This document shows, one piece after another, positions 49,740 through 61,186 of a stretch of 64,000 bases of DNA; within the stretch, counting starts at the first letter, position 1, and every line of letters begins with the position of its first letter. The stretch spans positions 351,650 to 415,649 of the forward strand of contig CAWFKG010000005.1 in the NCBI GenBank assembly GCA_963816365.1, written 5' to 3'. The position numbers and the translations under genes are program-made. This stretch comes from an uncultured Bacteroidales bacterium. GTDB taxonomy: Bacteria > Bacteroidota > Bacteroidia > Bacteroidales > VadinHA17. The notes beneath the pieces are model-generated. The model did no database searches. It worked only from the letters and a program-made list of their open reading frames with translations, and was not told the DNA's origin.

Positions 49740-49912
49740 AGAAGGAGATTCCTCACTTCGTTCGGAATGACAATGTTTGCTTAGTTATGGAGGGAAGAAG
49801 TGGCGATTCGCGACACCAATTGGCATATTAATTCTGCTGCGAATCGCCACTTCTTCCCTCATTCTCCACCATATGACTCTGTCATTCCGAACGAAGTGAG
49901 GAATCTCCTTCT
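49740..49912. mobile_element. MITE-like element with nested perfect inverted repeats
   Basis: 33-bp IR at 49740-49772/49880-49912 and inner 22-bp IR at 49790-49811/49839-49860; no ORF. Confidence 0.75.
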
Positions 49913-49950
49913 CCCAAAAAGTATTTCTGGGCAGGCAGGTTTGCGGTTAT

Positions 49951-50628
49951 TTAGAATTTGATTTTATAATTTACCGATATAATGTTAATATCGGAGAGAT
50001 GAGGCTGATAATCCCTCTGAAAAATATACTCCGTCTCAATTGAATGTCGTTTTGTAATTCTTAATTCCATTCCTGCAGCTAACCTGTTTTTACCTACCGT
50101 TCCGGATTTCTCCGAAAACATAGGCATGAAAGTTTCAATGTATACATAAGGATCAATAGGGAAAGTGGGGGTCTTATAGATGGCTTTTAATTTTATTATG
50201 CCGGTATAATCAGGGTAGTTATCGTTATTGTCCTTAATATAAGTCTTCATCCTTGTCTGAAATCTAAAGCGGCTTGAAAAACTAAAATTCCCGACCGGAA
50301 GGATTCCTTTTACATCAAAAAACAGCTTGTGCTGGAAGAAGTACCTATTGTTATCCTCCAGATTTTTATTAAGCCGGTACGACGCAGCTATTGTAAGGTA
50401 CTTTCTGATGCTGTATCCCACTCCGCCTTCGAGAAAACCCTCTTCAATTTTAGTCGCATTATTAAATGTCCGGATATCAGTGGAAAGATTGATTTCCAGT
50501 TTTTTGGATAATTTATGTTCCACTGAAATCCCATACCAGATCCCAAAATCTTTTTTCTGGGATGAAGCAACCAGTGGAATAAAAAAAGAAAGCAGAATAA
50601 CAAATAGTTTTCTAATCATCATCGTCAT
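49951..50628 (-). CDS. DUF2490-like outer-membrane beta-barrel protein
   Basis: Signal peptide, DFGIW, alternating beta strands, RFRFQ, PYVYIETF, C-terminal YKIKF; start approximate. Confidence 0.72.
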   Translation of the reverse strand: MTMMIRKLFVILLSFFIPLVASSQKKDFGIWYGISVEHKLSKKLEINLSTDIRTFNNATKIEEGFLEGGVGYSIRKYLTIAASYRLNKNLEDNNRYFFQHKLFFDVKGILPVGNFSFSSRFRFQTRMKTYIKDNNDNYPDYTGIIKLKAIYKTPTFPIDPYVYIETFMPMFSEKSGTVGKNRLAAGMELRITKRHSIETEYIFQRDYQPHLSDINIISVNYKIKF

Positions 50629-51319
50629 CGTCTCTGGCATTTTTATTATTGTCATTCAGGCCGATAGTATTTACCATGGGACCGCTCACATCGTAAAAGA
50701 TCTGAAGGGTACATGTATCTTTCAGGAAATCAATTTTACCTATCTCGACCCTTTTGATTGTCTTAATTCCAGTGCGATCCTGCAGGTCATTCAGCAATTC
50801 CTGATTGTTTTCCGGCTTGATAAGCTCAATTTTTTCATAGATAATGATTTTTGATAATTCATGCTTCTGCAGCCATATTTTCTCCATACAAAAAGTGATG
50901 GCAATTATCACAAAGTTTGTAAAAAGGACCTCCGCAACGCTGGTCTTGGTGTCAGCAAGTGCGTTTATGATTGAGACTCCGATTATCAGAAACAAGTAGG
51001 TCATCTCTTTTATGGGAATTGAACTTGTCCTGTAGCGTATTATACCGAAGATTGCGAACAGACCTAGTGCAAATCCTATCTGAAGCTTTACACTCGCCAG
51101 AAGATAACATAAACTGAAGATAAGGCAGGAGATCAGAATATAGGTAAAGAGATAATCTTTACGTTTAGTTGTTGAGTAGTACAACCATCTCACCAGGATC
51201 AAGACCACAGCCATGTTCAGGGCAAATCGTCCCAGGAGTTCAAGAAAACTCGGGATATCTATAATTTCTATACCTGCAAAATTTATCTTGTCAGGGTCGA
51301 GCAGATCTAGTGTATTCAT
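50612..51319 (-). CDS. DUF4956 family membrane protein
   Basis: GFALGLFAIFGIIRYRTSSIPIKEMTYLF signature; downstream of the VTC gene. Confidence 0.88.
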   Translation of the reverse strand: MNTLDLLDPDKINFAGIEIIDIPSFLELLGRFALNMAVVLILVRWLYYSTTKRKDYLFTYILISCLIFSLCYLLASVKLQIGFALGLFAIFGIIRYRTSSIPIKEMTYLFLIIGVSIINALADTKTSVAEVLFTNFVIIAITFCMEKIWLQKHELSKIIIYEKIELIKPENNQELLNDLQDRTGIKTIKRVEIGKIDFLKDTCTLQIFYDVSGPMVNTIGLNDNNKNARDDDDDD

Positions 51320-52074
51320 TTTCAATCTTATTTATTAAAAGCAAATCAGGCTTTAAGATGTTCTTCCGGGGCATATCCCTTATAAGTGTGCTGCCGATGC
51401 AATATTTGCTGAAACTGCAAGGCTGAATACCAGCTTCCCGCATGATCTTATATACAGGTGTTTGACAATTATGAATTTCTCTTTTTAATTCAGCAATTGC
51501 TAAAAAGGGTAATCGGGAATTATTGCCTTCCGGGCTAGTGAAACTCAGGTTGTAATCAAGTGTGATCCGCTCCTTAGCCTCCAGTCCGACCAGTGTGATC
51601 CTGGTGAATTCATTGATCAGTACAGGCATTAGACCTGTCAAACTGTAATTTAGATATTCTCTTATAAATGCTGATGCATTCCGGTCAGGTGAATTGGAAC
51701 TTAATTTGTTTTCAATGCGCCATTTAATGGTTCTGTGCTTGTTGGTCCTTTTTTTTATCTCAAGAAATGAAACACCGGTCGATTCATACCATCTGTATCT
51801 GATTTTGTACCTGTTAAGCTTACCTCTTACCTGCTGGTTGTAAAATAAAAGCTCAGGGGTGTCAAGGTAGGTGGTATAATAAGGAAAAGCCCTCAGATGT
51901 ACCAATGTCAAGTACCTTATAGTTTTCTGATAAACGATTAAGTAAAACAGCCAGTTTCATAGTTGAAAATACATATTTTGTCTCAATCCTGTTCATTAAG
52001 ATAACCCCTTCCATTTCACTTAAGCCAATTGGCCTAAAAGAGCTCAAAACCGTTTGAATATCAGAACTGTACAT
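51291..52074 (-). CDS. VTC (polyphosphate polymerase) domain protein, frameshift near 51905
   Basis: LMNRIETKY; YLDTPEL..Y; RYKIRYRWY; FLEIKKR; ERITLD; ELK; FSKYC. Confidence 0.88.
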
Positions 52075-52077
52075 AAT

Positions 52078-52485
52078 TCAGAATGTTGTATATACATAAG
52101 TCTTTTTTGACTTTATCTTCTTGTTTGGATCATAAACTGTTTTTTCAGTCCTTAATCCATTTTCATATTTGTACTCAGATGATTCCTTCAGTTTGCCGGA
52201 AGCATCAAATTCCTGTTCTTTAATCTTGTTATTATCTGAATCATACTCGTATTTGAAATGCTTATTCACTTTACCCTGCTTATATGTAATATTTTCCGTG
52301 ATATTGCCTTTTCTATCATAGTATGTTTCAGATTCCTTATATTGTTTATTGACAAGCATATCATATTTCTCTTCTGAAACTACCAGGCTTTTAATATTGC
52401 CGGTGGAATTGGCTTTCTGACCCTCTGCTGACAAGGTACCACCTAATATCAGGATAATTAATACTGTTGTCCTAAGTGTTTTCAT
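52078..52485 (-). CDS. Small secreted protein with YD-like beta repeats
   Basis: Signal peptide; YYDRKGNITE, YEYDSDNNKIKE, FDASGKLKE, YKYENGLRTE. Confidence 0.65.
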   Translation of the reverse strand: MKTLRTTVLIILILGGTLSAEGQKANSTGNIKSLVVSEEKYDMLVNKQYKESETYYDRKGNITENITYKQGKVNKHFKYEYDSDNNKIKEQEFDASGKLKESSEYKYENGLRTEKTVYDPNKKIKSKKTYVYTTF

Positions 52486-52743
52486 TTTGTAAAATTAATT
52501 GGTGATTAAAAGCATATCAGTTCGGGTAAAAAGGTTAAAAGTCGTGTTTCCAAATGTACATTTACTTCAAGTCAGTAAAAAATATTTTTAGTGAATAATT
52601 GAACCGGTTCACAGTATATGACCTTTTATATGTTAAAAACCCTCATTTACTGAATATTATTTTGTCAATCAGGTGATAATGGATTTCATCGTAATTCTTC
52701 CATCCGGCCTGTAATCATCGTTTGTGAAAAAAATTACATAAAA

Positions 52744-52785
52744 CTGACCATTTGAACAACCAAGTCAGGCGGATTGTTATCTTTG
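52744..52785 (+). promoter_or_regulatory. Bacteroidota promoter overlapped by a putative TetR operator
   Basis: -33 TTTG at 52751-52754, -7 TATCTTTG at 52778-52785; CTGAC-N15-GTCAG inverted repeat at 52744-52768. Confidence 0.55.
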
Positions 52786-52800
52786 CATCTTTTTACTGAA

Positions 52801-53424
52801 ATGAATAGTACAGGAACAGGTTCTGCAAGGAACGAGAAAGTGCAAATGATAATCGAAGCCTCACAAAGGCGTTTTGGATTATATGGAATTGAGAAGACCT
52901 CGATGCGCGAAATAGCAGATGATCTCAAATTATCGAAAGCATCATTATATTACTATTTCCCCGACAAAGAAAGTCTGTATAAAGCTGTTGTTGAGAAAGA
53001 GCAGGCTGAGTTTATAGCTAAGATTTCCGAAAGAATTTTCAGTATAAGGAAACCGGAACAGTTGCTCCTGGAATATGCCAATGCACGTCTCTCGTATTTT
53101 CGTTCTCTCCTGAATCTGAGCAGACTGAGGTTGGATGCCTATTCAGGTCTTAAGCCCGGGTTTCTTGCCGCCAGCCAGATCTTCAAGGAAAAAGAAAAAG
53201 AGATAATAAAAAAGATTTTTAAAAAAGGGATAACCAGCGGCATATTCTTTATAAAAGATACTGATCAGATGGCTACCCTGTATCTCGACCTTCTAAGGGG
53301 ATTAAGGATTACGCTGATCAATGAAAAGGAGACACTTTTCATAGAACAGGCAGAATACGATCTGCTCCTTGAAAAAACCATTGCTTTTACCAATTTTTTC
53401 ATAAAAGGGCTAAAGTGTAAATAA
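52801..53424 (+). CDS. TetR/AcrR family transcriptional regulator
   Basis: FGLYGIEKTSMREIADDLKLSKASLYYYFPDKESL HTH. Confidence 0.93.
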   Translation: MNSTGTGSARNEKVQMIIEASQRRFGLYGIEKTSMREIADDLKLSKASLYYYFPDKESLYKAVVEKEQAEFIAKISERIFSIRKPEQLLLEYANARLSYFRSLLNLSRLRLDAYSGLKPGFLAASQIFKEKEKEIIKKIFKKGITSGIFFIKDTDQMATLYLDLLRGLRITLINEKETLFIEQAEYDLLLEKTIAFTNFFIKGLKCK

Positions 53425-53469
53425 CTATACATCATTAATTAACGATATAATTAAATTCAGAACTTTTGT

Positions 53470-54477
53470 ATGAAAGAAGAAACAAAGAAAAACCGCCTCA
53501 GGATCTACATTCCGCTTGCTATAGTTATTATAATTGTTTTGGCAGGCGCATGGTACTGGTATAGAGATTATTCCATGTATATTACCACTGATGATGCACA
53601 TGTTGATGCTGACAACATCAGTGTCGGATCAAAGATATTAGGAAGAATATCTTCGATTTATGCTAAGGAAGGGGATCTTGTTAAGCAGGGGGTTCTCCTT
53701 GCTGACCTTGACAGTACGGATTTATTTGCCCAGAGAAACCAGACCTCGGCATTAATGGCACAGTCGCAGGCTAACCTGGTCCAATCAGAAGTTAAATTCA
53801 GTTCTGATCAGAAGAGTATAAGAGTGCTCGAGATAAATCTCGAAAGAGCTAATGAAGATATGAACAGGGCAAAAAATCAATCTGAGGGAGGTGTAATAAC
53901 TGCTGAACAATTTGACCATATAAAAAAAGCTTATGAGACAGCTTCGGCCCAGCTGGATGCGGCCAAAGCTCAATTACTCGTATCAAAATCAATGATCTCA
54001 AGCGCATCTGCATCAGTCGAGACTGCAAAGGCGCAGGTAAAGGTTCTTGATACACAGCTTAAGAATACCAGGCTCTATTCGCCAGCCGACGGGATCGTAG
54101 CAAAAAGGTGGTTACTTCCGGGCGATGTTGTTCAACCGGGCCAGTCAGTTTTTACTCTTACCCTGAGTAAAAATCTATGGATTGTAGCTTATATTGAAGA
54201 GACAAATATTTCAGAAATTCATCAGGGACAAAATGTGAAGTTTTCTATTGATGCCTTTCCCGATGTACAATTCAGCGGTAAAGTTTTTCTGCTAGGATCC
54301 AGTACGGCATCAGTATTCTCATTGATCCCGGCAAATAATGCAGCAGGCAATTTTACAAAAGTCACTCAGCGGATACCTGTCAGGATATCTATTGACAGGG
54401 CAGATAATAATAAGGAAATATCTTCATTCAACATTTTATCAGGAATGTCTGTTGTTGTAAAGATTATTAAAAATTAA
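53470..54477 (+). CDS. EmrA/HlyD-family membrane fusion protein
   Basis: ITTDDAHV, LIPANNAAGNFTKVTQRIPVRI. Confidence 0.92.
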   Translation: MKEETKKNRLRIYIPLAIVIIIVLAGAWYWYRDYSMYITTDDAHVDADNISVGSKILGRISSIYAKEGDLVKQGVLLADLDSTDLFAQRNQTSALMAQSQANLVQSEVKFSSDQKSIRVLEINLERANEDMNRAKNQSEGGVITAEQFDHIKKAYETASAQLDAAKAQLLVSKSMISSASASVETAKAQVKVLDTQLKNTRLYSPADGIVAKRWLLPGDVVQPGQSVFTLTLSKNLWIVAYIEETNISEIHQGQNVKFSIDAFPDVQFSGKVFLLGSSTASVFSLIPANNAAGNFTKVTQRIPVRISIDRADNNKEISSFNILSGMSVVVKIIKN

Positions 54478-54478
54478 G

Positions 54479-56101
54479 ATGGAAAGAAGAAGAACGCCAT
54501 CTCACCGGATCAGGTACTTTGTAAGGAACAGTAATTCATCGTTTCACCCCAAACATTTGTCATACAAATGGTTCCTTCTTGCAAATGTTATGCTTGGAAC
54601 CTTTATGGCAGTTCTTGACGCTACTATTGTAAATGTAGGGCTGCCGAAAATCATGGCATCATTCGGTGTAGGGCTCGATAAAATTGAATGGGTCGTTACA
54701 GCATATATGCTTGCGATGGCGGTCGCACTTCCTACTTCCGGCTGGCTCGCTGATAAATTTGGTTACAAGCGTTTATACTTCATCGGATTATTCCTTTTCA
54801 CGTTAGGATCAATGTTATGCGGAAGGTCATCGGATGAAAACATGTTAATCGCTTCGAGAGTCATTCAGGGTCTTGGAGCCGGGACAATACAACCGCTCGG
54901 CATGGCAATTATTTCAAGGGAATTTCCTCCGCATCAGAGGGGAATAGCTCTTGGATTCTGGGGTATTTCTGCTGCAGCATCAGTCTCATTCGGACCAATA
55001 ATAGGAGGTTTTCTGATAGACCGTTTCAGCTGGCCGCTGATTTTTGATGTGAATATACCGATTGGGATATTAGCAATGCTGTTTACAATTATCATTCAGA
55101 GTGAATACATAAACAGAAGTACAAGAAAATTTGATCTTGCCGGATTCATCTCAGTCACTATATTTTTGCCTCTTACGCTCTATGTTCTTTCCCAGGGCAA
55201 TGCAGCTACAAATTCTGCAGGATGGCATGCCCCTTTTATATTGGCTTTCGGTGCTATTGCCTTAATTGCGTTTGCTGTTTTTATAACTGCAGAATTAACA
55301 GCAAAGGAACCTCTTCTCGATCTGAGGCTCTTAAATAATCATAATTTCGGTATAGCTAATATTATCCTGTTAATCTTCAGTCTCGGCATGTTTGGAAGTA
55401 CATTCCTTTTACCAATTTACCTTCAGAATTCTTTGGGCTATACGGCTCTGCAGGCAGGTTCAGTTTTTCTGCCAGTAGGTATCATACAGGGAACAATTGC
55501 ACCTATCTCAGGCAGGATATCCGATAAACTGAATCCAAAACTTCCTCTGTTTATAGGTGTGGTACTTTTTGCCTTTAGCTTCTGGCTCAACTCAAAATTG
55601 TCATGGCTCACCGAGCTTCATTTCATTATGTTGTCATTATATTTGAGGGGAGTGGCTATGGGCCTGATGTTCACTGCTCTGACAACAGTTTCTCTGTCTG
55701 AGATACCTCGCGAAAAGATGGCTCAGGCATCAGCGATAACAAACTCCATCAGGCAGCTTGGCGGAAGTCTGGGAGTGGCCCTACTTGCCACTTTATTGAC
55801 CACCAGGGTCAATTTTCATGCACAGGTATTTGGCGGCGCAGTCAAACCCGGTTCTGAAATCTATAAACAGACAACGGCTAAAATAAAATATTATTTACAG
55901 GATGAAGCCGGTAGTTCACCAGCCATTTCGACGATGCAAAGTCAGGCTTTGCTTCTTTCAAATCTTAGTAAACAAGCTTATATACAAGGTATTGACGACG
56001 ATTTTCTTCTTGCAGGCATTATAACCCTTATAGGAGGTATCCCGATAATATTCCTGCATACAAAAAAATTAAAAAATAAAAATCTTCCTGCACATGAATA
56101 A
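54479..56101 (+). CDS. DHA2 family MFS efflux permease (EmrB/QacA)
   Basis: GTFMAVLDATIVNVGLP, WVVTAYMLA, GWLADKFG, RVIQGLGAG, RQLGGSLGVA. Confidence 0.93.
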   Translation: MERRRTPSHRIRYFVRNSNSSFHPKHLSYKWFLLANVMLGTFMAVLDATIVNVGLPKIMASFGVGLDKIEWVVTAYMLAMAVALPTSGWLADKFGYKRLYFIGLFLFTLGSMLCGRSSDENMLIASRVIQGLGAGTIQPLGMAIISREFPPHQRGIALGFWGISAAASVSFGPIIGGFLIDRFSWPLIFDVNIPIGILAMLFTIIIQSEYINRSTRKFDLAGFISVTIFLPLTLYVLSQGNAATNSAGWHAPFILAFGAIALIAFAVFITAELTAKEPLLDLRLLNNHNFGIANIILLIFSLGMFGSTFLLPIYLQNSLGYTALQAGSVFLPVGIIQGTIAPISGRISDKLNPKLPLFIGVVLFAFSFWLNSKLSWLTELHFIMLSLYLRGVAMGLMFTALTTVSLSEIPREKMAQASAITNSIRQLGGSLGVALLATLLTTRVNFHAQVFGGAVKPGSEIYKQTTAKIKYYLQDEAGSSPAISTMQSQALLLSNLSKQAYIQGIDDDFLLAGIITLIGGIPIIFLHTKKLKNKNLPAHE

Positions 56102-57435
56102 TCAAATTAGCAAAAAATCAATTTTTCTCATCTTCGCACTGGTCATAATCTTTAACAGCACTTTTTTTGGACAAAATGCCTCTGATAAAGACAAAATCTC
56201 TGGTGATTCATTATCGCTTAAGAGTGTCATTCAACAAGTTATCTCCTCTTATCCTACAGTCAAGGTTGCGGAAGAGGCTATAAGGAATGCGGATTCTAAA
56301 ATTGCATTAGCGAAGACAGGTTATAATCCTGTTGTTGATTTGGAAGCCAGCTTTGCTGACCTTGCTCCGGTTACAAAGCTTTCTTTTCCCGACCTTGGAA
56401 CTTTTCAGCTTTACCCCCAATACAACTATTCCGCTTCACTTAATTTGAATCAGCTTGTTATATGATTTTGGCAGAACCCACCAGAATGTGGCACTTGAAA
56501 ATGAAAACAAAGCAATTGGCGAACAGAGCCTTGAGCAGGTAAAACAGAAGTTGTCTCTTTATACTGTAAATAATTTTTATGCTCTGCTTTTTCTACAGGC
56601 TGCTATAAAAATTAAGGATGAACAGCTTGCAACACTCAATGAGCATCTTCAGTATATTGAAAAAGTTCTGGCTACAGGTTCCGCTACTGAGTACCAGGTT
56701 CTTTCAACAAAAGTCAGGATTTCAACTGTTGAGAGTCAGAAAGTCGATCTGGAGGCTTCGCTTAAGTCGCAACAGGCAACTCTTAACTCGTTGCTGGGTA
56801 AAGACCAGGTGAATATTCCTGTTGTAAGAAACGATATCGGTATCGAGCCTCCTGTAATTCCTTCCGATTCAGTCCTATCCTTTGCATATCGTAACCGTGA
56901 CGAGGTAAAATTAAATCAAAAGAGAACAACACTTGCCGAGCTGAGATTTGGAATGACAAAGTTGCAGAATAAACCGTTTTTAAACCTTGAAGCATCTGGT
57001 GGAGCTAAAAACGGATATATCCCTGATCTGGCTAGATTTACTCCGAACTATGTGGTAGGAATAGGACTCAGAGTACCAATATTTGATGGGATGAAAAATA
57101 AGTACAACGTTGCCCAGGCACAATCAGCAATATCTTCGTTAACATTTGAATCGGATCTTACAAAAAGAAATATCTCAAATGAGGTTTATGAATCAGAGGC
57201 ATTAATGTTCGCAGCACAAAAGAAAGTCAGCCAGTCAGAGCTTCAAATGCAGCAGGCTTTGAAAGCGTATTCGCTGGCTGAGACCAGCTTTAAATCAGGA
57301 ATGATAACAAACCTCGATCTGCTGGACGCAAATACTTCCGTGTCGGAAAGCAGTTTAATGCTGCTTAAAGCAAGAATAGATTATGCTGCAAGCATTTATA
57401 AACTGAAAGCTGCGCTTGGTCAAAGGATTTATTAG
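56094..57435 (+). CDS. TolC family outer-membrane efflux protein (frameshift near 56460)
   Basis: LKSVIQQVISSYP..., LNQLV/YDFGR, GLRVPIFDG, FKSGMITNLDLLDA. Confidence 0.88.
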
Positions 57436-57440
57436 CCCGA

Positions 57441-57954
57441 TTATTTAGTATCATTCGATCGGCCGAAGGTTGGAGCCTGCCATTTAAAAGGCCCTATGCC
57501 ATTAGGAACTCTTGAATACGATAATTCCAATGTTTGCTCCGGATAGGTAATTTTATCCGTGTTTGTACCATCAGGCCTGGTCAGTAAAACTTCTTCACCA
57601 AGTGATGAAAGCTTAAAGTTTGCATGCAATCCGGCCTGGGTAGTGTCTTTATCAGCCCATACAATAACATATCCATTAGCTCCGATAATTGTACCCTTAG
57701 GTATTTTCCATTTCAGATGATTCTTCTTACTGTCTGATAAAAAATAACCCGACAGATCAAAATCAACATTGGCCAGGTTGTATAATTCGATCCAGTCATC
57801 ATATTCTCCATCCTGATCAGTGACCGTAGTTTTATTTACCGGCATCAGCTCATTGATTACTATATTTCCTGGTACCGTTTCATAAGTTTTTTTACACGAG
57901 TACAATATACTAAGGATCAGAAGGATATAGTAGAATGCATATTTTTTTCAGCAT
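57441..57954 (-). CDS. Lamin-tail-domain (LTD) lipoprotein
   Basis: IVINELMP..N, DWIELYN, DLSGYFLSD, HANFKLS, SYSR.PNG; lipobox LYSC; the signal peptide is restored by removing one A from a homopolymer near 57945. Confidence 0.82.
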
Positions 57955-57976
57955 GATATTATTGTTAATTTTAAAG

Positions 57977-59331
57977 TCAGATTTTACATCTGGTGAGTCC
58001 AAGGTTCAGGGAAGACTTTGAACCTGAGACAACCAGGGCTGCTCCAAGAGCTGATCCATTTGCAATTTCAGACGTGTATACAAATTTCGAGGGAAACGCT
58101 TTTGTGATCAGATTCAGGAAGAGATCATTGCCTGAAAAACCACCGGTTATGTAAATGTTTTCAGTATCATCATTTGCAGGAAGAACAAGATTGATTGCTT
58201 CTAATAACAGATCGCCTAATTCATTCATTAACTGATGATAAGCTTCCTCAAAAGTGTTGAACTCATACATATCTATATATTCTTTCAGCTCACGGGAATA
58301 TGGACCTGTCTGAAAGAAAATTTTTTTATCTCCATATTTCTGCTTTAATGAAGCTCGACAACTGATCGTCGGCTTTGATTTTTTTATAGTAATCATCTGG
58401 TTTTCTGAAATGATCACATACCTGTTTTAGTGCAGTTTCGTGCATATGGCCAATAAACAGCCTTGAAGATTTTACCGGCTGCCTGGTTATACTCATATAA
58501 CAGAGGCAATCTTTATCAAGCTGATCTGCTGTTAATTTTTCCTTATTAAAAGGATTCATATTAATGCACCATGTTCCGGTGGATATCAGGAAAAACGTAC
58601 CCTGACTGCCAGTGAAATATGGAGCAAGTGAGGCAGAACTATCGTGAATTCCGATTCCGACCTGAATTTTTTTCCCGCCGATTTCAACTTCATTTAATAG
58701 TATCAACAGGCACAGGATCAGGCAGGTTCAATCCATAGATTTTGGTCCAGGGATGATAATTCATATTATCAAAATCCCACATAGCGGTATGACATCCGAT
58801 GGAAGTGTGTTCGGAGTATATCTTTCCTGTTACCAGGTATGAGAGATATTGTGGAAAATGAAGGATATGTTTTATTTTAGAATTGACATCCGGCCGTGTT
58901 GCTTTAAGCCAGAGAGGCTGGATCCCGGAATTAAGCATACCGAGGGCTGGCGAAGCTGTCCGCCTGCAAAACTCATCTCGTCCACCGTATCTCTTGTACA
59001 GACTTTCAGAGATCTTTTCTTCGATAGGTTTGAGATAATTATAAAGAGGAGTAAGTCTTTTGCCGTTCTCATCGAGATAGACCAGTGTAGCACCATAAGT
59101 TGTAAAGTTAACAGCCTTTAGGTCATACACGTCTGAATGGACCAGGCTGGTCAGCGAATCCTTTATCCAACTCTCAATATGTTCAATATCATCACATTCA
59201 AAGCCGTCATCATCCAGAATTTCAGCAAATTTTTCCTCAATTTCTGAAACAATCCTGAAGTCTTCATTAAAGAGAATTATCTTTTTATTCGTTTTACCAA
59301 TATCATAAATAGCAATAACTGTCTCTTTCAT
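57977..59331 (-). CDS. FGGY-family sugar kinase, probable rhamnulokinase (frameshifted into 3 pieces)
   Basis: IYDIGKTNKK, GIHDSSASL, ISTGTW, ITGGFSGN, SALGAA; located within the rha cluster. Confidence 0.8.
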
Positions 59332-59406
59332 TTTACCCCCCAACCCCCCCGAAGGAGGGCTTTAGAATATTCTTATCAATTTAGTTTTTTACTTTGTATG
59401 AATTAA

Positions 59407-60672
59407 TCATCTTTTCAACAGCACTTCTTTCTCGTACTTCATAATATCATCTATATAATCCTGCCCGGCCGGAACTTTATTCTTCATGACAATAGTAATC
59501 ATAAACAGCGCCAAAAGGTTTAGTTTTCAGTAGCTCAAGGTAGCGAGCCTCTCAAAATTCCTTCCCTCCTCTTCAAACTTAACAAGTTTTTCATGAGGTT
59601 CAAGAAGAGCATACATAAATGCCATCTGTGCAGAACGGGTTCCAATTACATATGCACCTATACGATTGAGACTGGCATCGAAAAAATCCAAACCGACATT
59701 TACCCTTCCCAGGGCTTTTGCCCTCACTATTTCCTGAGTAATAAGCAACAGTTCTTCATTGAAGGTGAGAACATGATCACTGTCCCAGCGCACACCACGT
59801 GTCAGGTGCAGCAGCAGCTCATCAACAAATTGAAGGATAGATGAAACCTTATCACCTACCTGTTCAGTCGGATGAAAATGACCATTATCCAGGGTGATCA
59901 TAATATTGTTCCTGATTGCGTAGCCAAGATAGAAATCGTGAGATCCTACAACCATAGATTCAGATCCGATGCCGAACAATTTGCTCTCAACTGAATCCTT
60001 CAGATGTTCTTTCGGATATTTAACCGAAAAGATCTCATCAAGAGATTTTTTCAATAGTTTCCGCAGGGTATTCCTGTCAACCGGGGAATCCTTCATACCG
60101 TCAGGTATCCAGATATTATGAACTGCCGGAGTTCCGAGTTGTTTTCCCATTTCAGCTCCAATTGCCCTGCAACGTTTTGTATGTTCAACCCAGAATTTTC
60201 TGATTTTCTCATTTTTGCTTGAAAGAGTAAAACCATCATCAGCCAGGGGATGTGAGAAACAGGTACAATTGAAATCAAGTCCAATACCTCGTTTTTTAGC
60301 CCAGTCGATCCATCCCTGAAAATGTTTTGGCTCAATCTGATCGCGATCAACCAGTTTTCCCCCGAATTCACCATAAATTGCATGCAGATTTAATCTCTGT
60401 TTGCCGGGAAGAAGCGACATAACCTTATCAAGATCAGATCTCATCTGTTCAATTGTTCTTGCTTTGCCGGGGAAATTTCCGGTAGCCTGAATACCTCCAC
60501 CGCCAAGAACTGATCCCGGTTTTTCAAAACCACCAACATCATCTGTCTGCCAGCAATGCAAACTGATAATTATATTATCCATTTCGGAAATTACTTTGTC
60601 GGTGTCAACTCCCAGTTCGGCATATTGTTCCTTTGCCAGCTGATATGCTTTTTCGATGATCTCCTTTTTCAT
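59407..60672 (-). CDS. rhaA: L-rhamnose isomerase (frameshifts near the 3' end)
   Basis: SLHCWQTDDVGGFE, TGNFPGKAR, LNLHAIY, WIPDG, ESKLFGIGSES, LDNGHFHPTE, RGVRWDSDHV, GLDFFDAS. Confidence 0.93.
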
Positions 60673-60860
60673 ATTCAATGTTATTTAAGTTTTATTATTC
60701 TTAACTTTAAGTTGCACTGATTTTTCACTGAGTTATTCACTGTTTTCAAACCTCCACTGGCTCCCAATGAGGTACATTCTAGTCATTTTAGAAGTTAACT
60801 TGACACCGAATTAGTCCTTAAGCCTTTAAGCCATTGCGCCTTTGCGTCTTTGGGCGTTTG

Positions 60861-61181
60861 TTACTCCATATAAAAAACCTGTTCCAAAGGAATTGTAACC
60901 GGAGAATTATCAGCATTTGTCTCCATAATATCGGCCATATATTTCCACCATTTCTTCACAATTTCTGTATTCCCAAGATCCTGAGAAGAACTTTCACCCG
61001 ATTGTTCCTGATAGGCAAAAAGAGTATTGGTCTCTTCATCAAGGAATATAGAATAATTCCCGATACCTTCATTTTTCAAAAGCCGCACAAGTTCGGGCCA
61101 TATTTCACTATGACGTTTCTTGTACTCCTCCCTGAAACCCGGAAGCATTTTCATTTTAAAACCAAATCTTTTTGTTTCCAT
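60861..61181 (-). CDS. rhaM: L-rhamnose mutarotase
   Basis: FKMK..EEYKKRHSEIWPEL..GIGNYSIFLD..LFAY..WWKYMADIM..NSP; ATG at 61181. Confidence 0.93.
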   Translation of the reverse strand: METKRFGFKMKMLPGFREEYKKRHSEIWPELVRLLKNEGIGNYSIFLDEETNTLFAYQEQSGESSSQDLGNTEIVKKWWKYMADIMETNADNSPVTIPLEQVFYME

Positions 61182-61186
61182 ATTAT

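Noticed and set aside
52078-52485. RHS/YD toxin
   Set aside because: Only 135 aa with a signal peptide; no RHS core, PxxxxDPxG motif or immunity gene
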